Of a stretch of DNA of 64,000 bases, positions 25,616 through 36,900 are shown in pieces; the stretch's first letter is position 1, and every line of letters begins with the position of its first letter. Made by a program: the position numbers and the translations under genes. The notes under the pieces are model-generated. The model searched no databases and was not told where the DNA came from. It saw only the letters and a list, made by a program, of their open reading frames with translations. Origin of the DNA: Pristiophorus japonicus (taxonomy: Eukaryota); the NCBI RefSeq assembly GCF_044704955.1, contig NC_091999.1, forward strand, positions 63,612,001 through 63,676,000. Direction: 5' to 3'.

Positions 25616-26242
25616 AATAAGGATGTGGACTGTCTTTTAGACAAGGGGCAGAATTAACATGCTTACCCCAACAATATGTAGACGATATCCTGCTAGATTC
25701 AAAAACAGAAGAACAGCATGAACAAGATTTACGAGCTTTGCTGGATCACCTTCGGCTGAAAGGACATAAAGCCAGCAGCGACAAAGCACAAATCCCCAAG
25801 AAGGAACACCATGCCCCAGGCACTACCAATAGTGCTATGCAGCATTAGGGCAACCCTGAACAGAACTACAGGTCGAAGCCCATTTGAAATTATAACGGGA
25901 AGACCAATGTCGCTGCCAGGAACTATCGATTTACGGAAAGCTGATGGTCAATTAATGAGTGACACTTTGTTATCATACTGTCAGAATTTAACCAATGCTA
26001 TTAGTTCTGTTTCCCGACAGGTATCGGCAGCTTGGGGTAATCCACCCGAAGGAGGACACAACATCATCCCGGGAGTCTGGGTGTATGTGAAAAAATTGCA
26101 TAAAGAACCTTTGGGTGCCAAGTGGGAGGGACCTTATCAAGTGTTATTGACCACCCAGGCAGCTGTTAAAGTCCAAGGAAAGAAAGCCTGGATCCATGCT
26201 TCACACGTTAAACGAGCACCTGTAACTGAAGCTGAAATCTAG
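25537..26242 (+). pseudogene. pol: ERV-B pro-pol collapsed to ~0.7 kb
   Basis: Protease DCLLD(T)GAELTC joined directly to RT QYVDDILL..LLDHLRLKGHKAS..KAQI, then to integrase C-terminus PQALPIVL..SPFEIITGRPM..WEGPYQVLLTT..WIHASHVK. Confidence 0.85.
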
Positions 26243-26266
26243 TAAAGACAATTACTTTTTGCCAAA

Positions 26267-27610
26267 ATGTATACATTTACTGTATTATTGATTGTAGGTA
26301 TTATAGGCACAGGCCTACTTCTTACTAGCCGACCCTCTGCACCAAAGGGAAATAGTAGGGTAAGCAAGGGAATTACATGTAAATACCTTTTTATATATGT
26401 CATACATTTATGCCAAACAAGGTAACATTTCTAGTTGTTGGCTGTGTACGCATATTCCTATTCACTCAAAGGGAGGGATTCCCTTGAGGCCAGTTCCCTT
26501 GAATATCTCGGAAATGGCTGACTGGATAATAAAACAGACAATGCGTTTCAGGATACGGAAAACTGGGCACGTAAATGGAAATCAGCAGGTTACAATTTGA
26601 CTACCTTTGAAGGGGGATACCAACCGTGGGACAATAATTCCAAACGGCCCCAATTTTTTGTTATCACTAATACAACGGGAATAGGAAGACCGGGGGAATC
26701 GGTCTGTCTTATTAGAAACAACAAAGGAGGCGAAAATATGGGGTATAGTAACTGCTCCCGGAATTATAATATAATCAAGCCACGGAACCGTCCAAACTGG
26801 GCCGATGTGGGAATTTTTAACGTAACGGGGATTCTGAATAAAACAGATGGAAAAGCCTGGACAGGTCCCAGAGTGTTGCTGACAAAGAAACAGCTCACAT
26901 TCATTGCATATAATGGCACCTATTGGGTGTGTGGCCACAAGGCCTACCCTTGGCTGCCCCAGAATTGGATGGGATCCTGCTATTTAGCCGACATTTTGCC
27001 TTATATGTATCATATAAAGTCACTGTCGGAACATTTACACCGTCCTAAGAGAGCTATCACAGAAATAGAGAGGTTCTTTGCCATCCTGATCCCTGGGTAT
27101 GGGACCGCCAAACTGGCAAGGGAATCCATTAACATGACATCCGTTGTGGAACGGGTAGCCAATGATACCTCAGAGGCCCTAGTTAAAATCAATGCAGAAA
27201 TGGTAGCAATCCGCACAGTAGCCCTACAGAATAGACTGGCCCTTGACTATATCCTGGCTGAAAAGGGAGGTACTTGCACCCTACTCGGAACGGAGTGTTG
27301 CACATATATCTCAGATAGCTTCGAAGAAATTACCCACTTAGCGGAGCATATCCAAAAGGAGATAGAAAAACTTAAGCAACCCCCATCATTTACTTTGTGG
27401 AGTGGAGCCACTGAATGGCAAGGTTCAATAGGAAATTCATTGGTGGAAGGTTTAATTCTAATTGTTGTAATTGTTTTACTTTTATATTGTTTGTTTATGT
27501 TGATTAAATGTTGTTGCGACCAGGCGGCTATAGCCGCTGTCCCGCAGGTGAGGCACCTTGCAGGTCCCAGCAGACCGTCTGTACGTGGCACAGGAGTATG
27601 TTATGCTTAA
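26267..27610 (+). pseudogene. env: ERV-B gamma-type env with two 5' frameshifts
   Basis: Hydrophobic leader MYTFTVLLIVGII, CWLC (CxxC), furin site RPKR, ISD LQNRLALDYILAEKGG, CX6CC (CTLLGTECC) and a TM helix. Frame changes near 26370 and 26540. Confidence 0.9.
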
Positions 27611-27885
27611 GGAAAGGTTGTTTACTGGTTGAATTAAGATATTGATTTGGATTAAATTGGAATAAGGTTAATTAACGTATTAAAACCAGACTTCCATTGT
27701 GGCCACGATGGAACTCGGGTCGGTGTAAATTTGTGTGGAAGCTACTAGTCCGGACATGTGGCAAAACACATCAACAAATTTTGGAAGGAAACTCTATTAA
27801 CATGTATGAAATTAATTTGTAGAATGTTTAACCAGTGATACCTTAAGTTTTATAATTCAGTTTGTGAAAGAATCAAAGGGGGGAT

Positions 27886-28244
27886 TGATAGATTATTCAA
27901 ACAGGCTCATTTAGACAGGCTTTGAAAATTCACAGACCCCCACGTCAAAGCTACTACGTGCTGCTCGGCATGTTGCATTAACTCATCAATCAACTTGACA
28001 TTTTCGGACCTTGGGTAGCGAGCCAATAAATGTTTAAATGACTTTCAATTGAGCCAATAAGGTCAAAGAAGGCGGGTTCTTTCTGTAAATTGAGCCAGGT
28101 ATAAAGTACAGCCATTTTTGACCATGTGTATCAGTAAGACAAAGAAACTGGCAATCAGCCAGCAGTTTGTTGCTCTCTGCCGAGATTAAAAAGTTAAAAC
28201 TACCATCGGAGTTCGTATTTCATTGGAAATTAAGAGATCTAACA
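27886..28244 (+). repeat. ERV-B 3' LTR (359 bp), preceded by a polypurine tract
   Basis: aaagaatcaaaggggggat immediately before TGATAGA. Confidence 0.95.
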
Positions 28245-28302
28245 CATCTCTCTATCCATACTGTTCCCTCTCTCTATCCAAACTGTCCCCTCTCTCTATC
28301 CA

Positions 28303-28935
28303 GTGAGGATATTGTCCGGTGCTGTTGAGGTGCAACCTGTCTGGCTTGTACTGGTCCTACCTCCCCCAGAAATGCTCCCAATGCCTCAGGATTCTTAATT
28401 CCTCCCTCCTGCACCAAACTCCATGCATGCATTCATCTGCTCTATCCTCTTATTTCTGTACTCACCAGCACGGAGCACCAGGAGTAATCCGGACATTACT
28501 ACCTTTGAGGTCCTGTTTTTTAATCTCTTTCCTAGCTTCCTAAAATATGCCTGCAGGATCTCATCCCTCTTTCTACCGATGACATTGGTCCCGATATGGA
28601 CCACAACCTTTGGATGTTCATCCTCCCCCCTCAACAATGTCCTGCAGCTGCTCAGTGACATCCTTGACCCTGGCACCAGGGAGGCAACATACCATCCTGG
28701 AATCATGTCTGTGCCTGTAGAAGCACTTGTTTGTTCCCCAAACTATCAAATCCACTACCACTATTGCTCTTCCACTCTTCTTCCTCCCCGCCCTGTGCAG
28801 CTGAGCCACCCACGGTGTCGTGGACATGGCTGTGGCTGTACTACCCAGAGAAACCATCGTGCTCATCAGTGTCCAGAACTGAAAACCGGTTAGCGAGTGA
28901 GATGCACTCAGGGGACTCCTGTCCTACTCTTGCCC
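28303..28935 (-). mobile_element. CR1 LINE ORF1 esterase (SGNH-like) fragment
   Basis: RMVCCLPGARVKDV and VVVHIGTN..SKVVMSGLL, typical of CR1 ORF1. Confidence 0.85.
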
Positions 28936-29974
28936 CATAACGCTGAAAATGTTTTCAACTCATGTTTATCTCTTTCTAAAGTTACAAGTGAATCTGCTTC
29001 CACCACCCGAACAGGCAGTGCGTTCCAGGCCAGAACATCTCGCTGCTTCATTAGTCCCCTCATGTAGCATCTGGTTCATTTGCCAATCACATTAAATCTG
29101 AGCCTCTGGTTGCTGAACTTTCTGACACTGAAAATTGTTTCTCCTTATTAAGAGGATTGGCGGGCTGGAGGAGCTTACAGAGATCGGGAGGGGTGAGGCC
29201 TTGGAGGGATTTGAACAAGAGGACGAGAATTTTAAAGCCTGAAGCCACCAGCCGTCTCCCCCAGTGCAGAATGTGACTCACTGTTAACAGAAAGGATTTG
29301 TGTTTACTTACAAAAGATGCATAATGAAGGGAAATCAATCTCTGTATCTTTAACTAACAGCGACATGAGGGAAATAAATGATCTTTAAACACCTGGTCCA
29401 CTTGGCACTGAAGTGTCTGAAACTCATAATAGGAACTTCAGGGAAATAAAATACTGATAAATGTTAAACTGTTTTGCTGACAAAAGAAATCTCGATTTAA
29501 CTGTAAAAAAATAAATTGTTTAACAGGTGTTCACACAGACTCACCTGATAGGCCGACTCAGGATCCACCCCTCAAGCACCGCGATTGGTTGCAGAACACG
29601 CTGCTCGCTGGGCCCTCCGGACTCTGACCTCTCTTCCTGTTGGTTCCCAGCGCAATCAATCACCACTCGCCAACATTATGCTGACAGAGCAAGTTGAGAG
29701 GCTCAGAGGAAGAAATAAAATGGGGCCGTGAATCTGAGTTCAGAATTTATAAACAAAACTATTTAAAGTAAAATCAAATTAATTGTTGCATTTAATACAT
29801 CCTTCTGGGCCAAGTGGGAAACAAGTGATGTGTGGGCTGTGCAGAGTGTCTGTGCCCGGTTACACAGCGTGTTCCTGGCTCCCCGCTCCAAGTGCACATG
29901 TTTCAGCTCACATCCAACTGACTGGATAAACCTTGCCCATCTAAACCCCATCACACAAATATCAGCATTTGATG

Positions 29975-30535
29975 TTTAGTTATGCTCAACCTTTATAAAC
30001 ACTGGTTAGGCCTCAGCTGACACATTGTGCTCAATTCTGGGCACCACACTTTCAGAAGGGTATCTACACCATAGAGAGGGACAGAAGAGATTTACTAGAA
30101 CGGTACGAAAGAGGAGGGACTTCAGTTATTTGGAGATACTGGAGAAGCTGCGGTAATTCTCCTTGGAACAGAAAAGGTTAAGAGGAGATTTGATAGAGTG
30201 TTCAAAATCATGAACGGTTTTAATAGACTAAATAAGGAGAAACACTTTCCAGTGGCAGAAGGGTCGGTAACCAGAGGACACAGAGTTCAGGTGATTGGCA
30301 AAAGAAGCAAAGGCGACACGAGGAACCATTGTATAAGCAGCGAATTGTTGCAATCTGGAATGCACTGCCTGATCGGGTGGTGGAAGCAGATTCAACAATG
30401 GCTTTCAAAAGTGAATTGGATAAATACTAAAGGGACAATATCTGCAGAGCCATGGGGAAAGAGCAGGAGAGTGGAACTAACTGGATAGCACTACCATAGA
30501 GCCAGCACAGGCGATGGGCCGAATGGCCTTCTGCA
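29975..30535 (+). mobile_element. Old CR1-like LINE 3' fragment
   Basis: FKIMNGF..TRGH remnants and 3' UTR gggccgaatggcc. Confidence 0.75.
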
Positions 30536-30609
30536 CATTCATTCTATTAAAAAGACGGATGATCTTATCCAGAATGCTGCGAGCACATATCCCCAGAAAA
30601 CCAAGACCG

Positions 30610-31070
30610 CCTATTTCCACCTGTGTAATATCGGCCGTCTCCATCCCTGCCTCTGCTCACCCTCTGCTGAAACCCTCATCCATTCCTTGGTTACCTTTAG
30701 ACTTGACTATTCCAACACACTCCTGGCTGGCTTCCCACATTCTACCCCACGTAATCTTCACCTCATCTAAAACTCGGCTGCCCGTGTCCTAACTCACACC
30801 AAGTCTCGTTCACCCATCATCCCCTGTGCTCACTGACCTACATTGGCTCCCGGTTAAGCAACGCTTCGACTTTAAAATTCTCATCCTTGTTTACAAATCC
30901 CTCCATGGTCTCGCCCCTCCCTATCTGTGTAACCTCCTCCAGCCACACAACCCCCAGAGATGTCTGCGCTCCTTCAATTCTGCCCTCCTGAGCATCCCTG
31001 ATTATAATCGCTCAACCATTGGTGATCGTGCCTTCTGTTGCTGAGGCCCCAAGCTCTGGAACTCCCTCCC
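30610..31070 (+). mobile_element. L2-clade LINE ORF2 3' fragment
   Basis: LTDLHWLPVKQRFDFKILILVYKSLHGLAPPYL..GDRAF. Confidence 0.85.
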
Positions 31071-31089
31071 TATACTGTCTCTGCCTCAT

Positions 31090-31551
31090 CCCTGAAAGTA
31101 CTGACTCTGGCTTTGTTCAGTTCGACACTCACTGGTTCCCCTCTCTCTCCATCCCTGAAGGTACTGAGTCTGGCTGGGTTCAGTTCTACATTCACGGGAT
31201 CCCCTCCGCTGAAGGTACTGACTCTGGCTGGGTTCAGTTCTACACTCGCTGGTTCCCCTCCCTTGAAAGTGCTGACTCTGGATGGGTTCAGTTCTACACT
31301 CACTGGTTCCCCTCCCCTGAAGGAGCTGACTCTGCATGGGTTCAGTTCTACACTCACTGGTTCCCCTCCCCTTCAGGTACTGACTCTGGCTGGGTTCAGT
31401 TCTACACTCACTGGTTCCCCTCCCCTGAAGGTACTGACTCTGGCTGGGTTCAGTTCTACATTCACTGGTTCCCCTCCCCTGAAGGTAATGACTCTGGCTG
31501 GGTTCAGTTCTACACTCACTGGTTCCCCTCCCCTGAAGGTCCTGACTCTGG
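31090..31551. repeat. 54-bp minisatellite, ~8 units
   Basis: Unit gaaggtactgactctggctgggttcagttctacactcactggttcccctcccct. Confidence 0.95.
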
Positions 31552-32014
31552 GTGTCTGTGCTCCCGTCACCACTTTATACACTCTGACCCTCCCTATATA
31601 TCTGTAATATCTCCCTGTTTTGGTGATGAGCTCTCCCTGACCACTCACTCCCTGACTCTCACCATTTCAGGGAATCATACGGCACAGAATGAGGCCATTC
31701 GGCCCATCGAGCCTGTCCGACTCACTGAAAGACCCACTCCCTGCACCTGCCCCAAAACACCAGAAAATGTTCCCTTTGACCATTGCTGGTTTTGAAAGTT
31801 ATTATTGATGTCCCAGAATTGAGGCCAACCCTCAATATCTGAGTGTAACTAATGAGTGATAAAGGTTGACCAGAACTTGCTTGTTGTACTCTATACTGCT
31901 ATTAATGCTGGAACAGATTGATCAGCGGACCCTGCCCCTCACAGCTTTGTGTTCACCTGCAAATTGCACCATTTGCTTTAGAATGTCTCCCATTTTTCCT
32001 CCTTCCCAAATCCC

Positions 32015-32770
32015 AGCTGGCGGCCGGTGACCCCGCTGACCCCGGGCCTGTCACCGCGGATCAAGCCCGGGGTCAGCCTCTGGGCTGTGATTGGCCCTGG
32101 GCCCTACACCACGTGTTGATGACGCTCACCAGCCCCACGCGCGGCTCCAATTCCTGCCCCGCGCCGACAACCAACATCATCCGGGCTCCACCAACTGTCG
32201 CCGCCACCGCCCGCACATGCTCAGTGCGGGAGATCCGGGCTCAGCCCCGCCCCTCGCACACTCCGATTGGTTGGAGAACTCACCTCCAGCTCGGTCTTCC
32301 AGCTCCGCCCACTGTGGGGCCGCAAGCCCCGCCTCGCGCACACTCTGATTGGTTGGATGACCCACCACCCGCTCGTCAATCGCACGGGCAGTGTGAGTTG
32401 AGCATGCGCGGTGGGGCGGCTGTGTCTGAGGCAGCGGCTGAGAGATGGGCGGAGAGAGGGAGCGGGTTTATAAACCCCGGGGGGGGCCGCGGGGCTTCAC
32501 ACACACCAAGTGCGGGTCCAGGTCCCGCCCGAGAGACAACACTCCGCATTATCCGCTTCACATACACCCGCTGTGGGCCTCAGGCCATGAACTACAACCT
32601 GCGGCTGCGGCCTTTCCTCGAGCGGGGCCCCCGGGGAGGTGGGCTCTGGACCGTGCGGGGCCCCCGGGGAGGTGGGCTCTGGGCCCGTGCGGGGCCCCCG
32701 GGGAGGTGGGCTCTGGGCCCGTGCAGAGCCCCCGGGGAGGTGGGCTATTGGCCCTGGGCCCGTCCGGTGT
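32015..32770. promoter_or_regulatory. CpG island with bidirectional-promoter architecture; includes four ~32-bp GC-rich repeats at 32622-32760
   Basis: NRF1-like motifs at both ends (gcacatgctc ~32213, gagcatgcgc 32400), two ATTGG/GC-box modules, minus-strand donor ctg|gtgagc near 32128. Confidence 0.6.
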
Positions 32771-32805
32771 TGTAATTTCCTCGACCCCGAGTTGGACTCA
32801 GACAA

Positions 32806-33465
32806 TTAAGAACATAATAATTCGGAACAGAAGTAGGCCATCGAGCCCCTCGAGCCTGCTCCGCCATTCAATAAGATCACGGCTGATCTGGTCGTGGACT
32901 CAGCTCCACTTACCCGCCGTCTCCCTGTAACCCTTAATACCCTTATTCGTTAAAAATCTATCTATCTGTGATTTGAATGCATTCAATGAGCTAGCCTCAA
33001 CTGCTTCCTTGGGCAGAGAATACCACAGATTCACAACCCTCTGGGAGAATAAATTCCTTCTCAACTCGGTTTTAAATTGGCTCCCCCGTATTTTGAGGCT
33101 GTGCTCCCTAGTTCTAGTCTTCCCGACCAGTGGAAACAACCTCTCTGGCTCTATCTTGTCTATCCCTTTCATTATTTTAAATGTTTCAATAAGATCAACC
33201 CTCATCCTTCTGAACTCCAACGAGTAAAGACCCAGTCTACTCAATCTATCATCATAAGGTAACCCCTCATCTCCGGAATTAGCTTCGTGAATCGTCTCTG
33301 TACCCTCTCCAAAGCTAGTAAAGCCTTCCTTAAGTAAGATGACCAAAACTGCATGCAGTACTCCAGGTGCGGCCTCACCAATACCCTATACATTTGCAGA
33401 AGGACCTCCCTGCTTTTGTACTCCATCCCTCTCGCAATGAAGGCCAACATTCCATTCGCCTTCCT
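32806..33465 (-). mobile_element. CR1-like LINE 3' fragment
   Basis: RPHLEYCMQFWS, LEFRRMRVDLIE, FSQRVVNLW. Confidence 0.9.
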
Positions 33466-33994
33466 CTCGCACTTTCTTCGCTTGTCGCACTTTTTTTATT
33501 TACTTGCGAAAGGGGGAGCAGCTGCTCAATCACCGGATGAGCTGGTCACTCCCCCAACACAAGATATCGCACATATTTATACACACAAGTAAACAGGCTC
33601 CGTGTATTAAGTGTAATGAAATTAATGTCATCAGTTAGTTGCAGGAATAAGTCACATTATTAGAAAGTCTCACAGGATCTCAGGTTAGCTGATTAAGTTA
33701 AAAACAATAAATTCTTTACATATCGCAAGCCATAGGTTTTAGATCTGCGCTTATCTCTGTCAGCCTTAGTTGTCTGATCGCAGTTTTTCTTATTTTAGGC
33801 CATCCTGAGTCTGCCTTACAAACTGTCGTCGTTTATCTTCCCCTTTCTGACCTTTGTGTAACTATGTCACACGATAACGATAGCACAGCATGTGGTTTCA
33901 ACTGCTGATGCCTTGATTTAAAAGTTTTGGGTTTTTTTAAATTCTAAGTTGGCCAAGTCATATCCCAATCGAACCTTGTAACTATATTTTCACA
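33466..33994 (-). mobile_element. Probable solo LTR, truncated by the LINE
   Basis: Minus strand starts TGTGAAAA at 33994, exactly where homology to duplication copy 1 ends; TATAAATA near 33575 followed by AATAAA near 33498. Confidence 0.45.
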
Positions 33995-36900
33995 AGGTGT
34001 AACTTTCCTGTTTTCCTCTTATATCCTCACTGATTTCCTCTCATTAAATTTTATAAAGTGTTCACCATTTCATTCATGAGCCCGGAGGAACTTTACTGTC
34101 TAATAAAATATCATTAAAGCAGGAATGGGGGAAAAAAGTTGCATGTTCAGCCATGAACTCATTGAATGGCGGTGCAGGCTAGAAGGGCGGAAAGGCCGAA
34201 TGGCCTCCTCCTGCACCTATTTTCGATGTTTCTATGTTTCTATGTATCATACTGTCTTTAAAACATCGATCAAACATTCCCACCAAGTTTTGACCCAGTT
34301 TCTTTGTTTAATTTTATTTAACCGAACCTCTTCTTGGACCTTTTATTCTCCAAAATATGCCACAGAGCAATTCAGTCTACAAGAGGAATGATGGTAGTTA
34401 CCTTTAGCATAACAGTCACCCACAAAAACCTATTTCTGAATACGTAGTTTGGACAGAACCACAGAGACCGGACTTTTTCAAAAATAAAACTTAATTATCA
34501 CAATTTTCAGCTAAATTTTCCTTCCCATTTGTTTGACCAGCAACGCTTAGCAATATATATATATATATATATTTAGAAAATGTTTTATATTACACAAACA
34601 AATTATGCCCAGACTTTGTCATTTTACAAAGAAGACAAAAGTAACAATTGCGTTTGGATGCAAGTCATTTATCTTCCCCTTCGAGCAGGGTATCTTGGAC
34701 AATAGGATTACATCGGATATACGGCACAGAAACAGGCCATTCGGCCCAACCAGTCCATGCCGGTGTTTATGCTCTACTCGAGCCTCCTCCGTTCTTTCCT
34801 CATCTAACTATATCCACATAACCCTCGATTCCCTTCTCCCTCATATACTTGTCTAGCCTCCCATTAAATGCATCGATACTATTCACTACAACCACTCCCT
34901 GTGGCAGTGAGTTCCACATTCTCACCACTCTCTGGGTAGAGGTTTCTTCTGAATTCCCAATTTGATTTCTTGGTGACTATCTTATGTTGATGGCCTCTAA
35001 TTATGCTGGTCCCCACAAGTGGAAACACTGTGTCTACTCAATCAAAACCTTTCATCATTTTAAAGACATTAGCTCACCCCCTCAGCCTTCTTTTTTCAAG
35101 AGGAGAGAAACCCGGCCTGTCCATCCTTTCCCGATAGGTACACGCTCGCCTTTCTGGTGTCATCCTTGTAAATCTTCTCTGCACCCTCTCCAGTGCCTCC
35201 GTATCCTTTTTATAATATGGTGACCAGAATTGCACACACAAAGTCTAACCAAGGTTCGATACAAGTTTAGCATAACTTCACTACTTTTCCATTCTGTAAC
35301 AATTCAATTCTATAACAATGGATCCCAATAATTTAAATCAATACTTTAAATTCTTAATTCCAACTTTGTCAGCTTGCTGCGACATTCGATGTTTGCAGAT
35401 AACTGGAGATAATTTTGTTTTAACTGCTGAATCTTTTGCTATGCCATCAACCTCTTATCCAACTGGAACTGGCATTGCCTAATATGGTCGTCTTTAGCTA
35501 CGGCATAGTCCAGAGACACAAGTCTGCATTTTCTTCAACACACATCAGCAATGTTAGAAGCACGTAAATCACTGGTCTTCCTGTGGCAAGCACATATCAC
35601 TTGTGTCTGAACTTTTCTTATTCTAACACAATATTTCTAATCTAAACATTCTATGATGAAAATATCCACGGCCAGTTGGTTGGAAACACCAACTGTTGCT
35701 CAGTGAAATTTCTCTCTAATGATAACAACCACATTTTCCCCGATATGGAATGAACTAAACATGAACACCTTTCAGAAGCTGAATTAACCGAGTTCCCGAT
35801 GCCAACACCCCTCACATCTTCCATTCACTTCAACTGAAAGGAAAACGCCAGATTGTATCAGTCGGGATTTGAAAGATATTTACAACAGATGCTAGATATT
35901 CTTAGAGTTAGCTTTGTTCTCTATTCTGTCTACTCGAGGAGTTTGATAACAGACTTTCTCCTGTGAATGTAGAGCTGGAATATTGGGCCGGGATGTATTT
36001 ACTTGTTCATCTTGTTGACTCGAAAACGTTGTCAATTATTTGATGTGATCTGTATTTTCTTAAATACATTTCCTGAGTGGATTCAAATTTAAATTGAATC
36101 CAGGTTTGCAGGCGTGATGCTCCATTCACACATCGAAAGTGAGAGAGATGCTGTGGGGAACACACTAAGTCCAGTATCTGAAAGTGATTCACAGACTGGG
36201 TTTTGTGTTCAGTGATCACAGGCATGTTATCGACACGTTCCCTCAATACCAAGGCTAGGAGAGTCACTCTGGAAGGTAAGGGGAACTGGCACTTTTCCAC
36301 GAGAGTAACCAAAGGTATGAGAACTGAAATAATCCAGAGTTAGAAAGGAGGAAAGGCCCTAAAATGGTGCACTCAATAACAGGACATCAATTAGTCTCCT
36401 CTTATCTTGGAACATTAAATGTCGACACACTCTGTTATTGAAACATCAAAATATTATATTCCAGCCCAGTTATAGGGGTTATTATCATCGGAAACAAACT
36501 TCAACTGTTGGAATAGACATGATTCAGTCGGGATGTGATTAACAGCAGCAATGATAGCAGAATCCAACCCCTGCAGTCACTTGTGTACTCGCTGGTGTTT
36601 CAGCAGGTTTGATGACCGAGCGAATCCCTTCCCACACTCAGAGCAGGTGAACGGCCTCTCCCCAGTGTGAACTCGCTGGTGACTCAGCAGGCTGGATGAC
36701 ACACTGAATCCCTTCCCGCACTCAGAACAGGTGAACGGCCTCTTCCCCAGTGTGAACTCGCTGGTGTGCCAGCAGGTCGGATGACTGAGTGAATCCTTTC
36801 CCACATTCAGAGCAGGGGAACGGCCTCTCCCCAGTGTGAACTCGCTGATGTTTCACCAGGCCGGATGGCTGAGTGAATCGCTTCCCACACTCTGAGCAGG

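Larger units (their letters stand above)
23344..28244 (+). mobile_element. ERV-B: 4.9 kb provirus, LTR-gag-(delta pol)-env-LTR
   Basis: Paired TG...CA LTRs, PBS, PPT, gag, pol remnants and env, all on the plus strand. Confidence 0.95.

Noticed and set aside
26597-27610. Domesticated syncytin-like intact env
   Set aside because: The 337-aa frame lacks its ATG, signal peptide and CWLC motif because of two upstream frameshifts. The gag 3' part is similarly open, so there is no clear sign of selective preservation.
31918-32930. 285-aa and 161-aa ORFs
   Set aside because: GC-rich island with few stop codons, non-ATG or weak starts and no recognisable domain.
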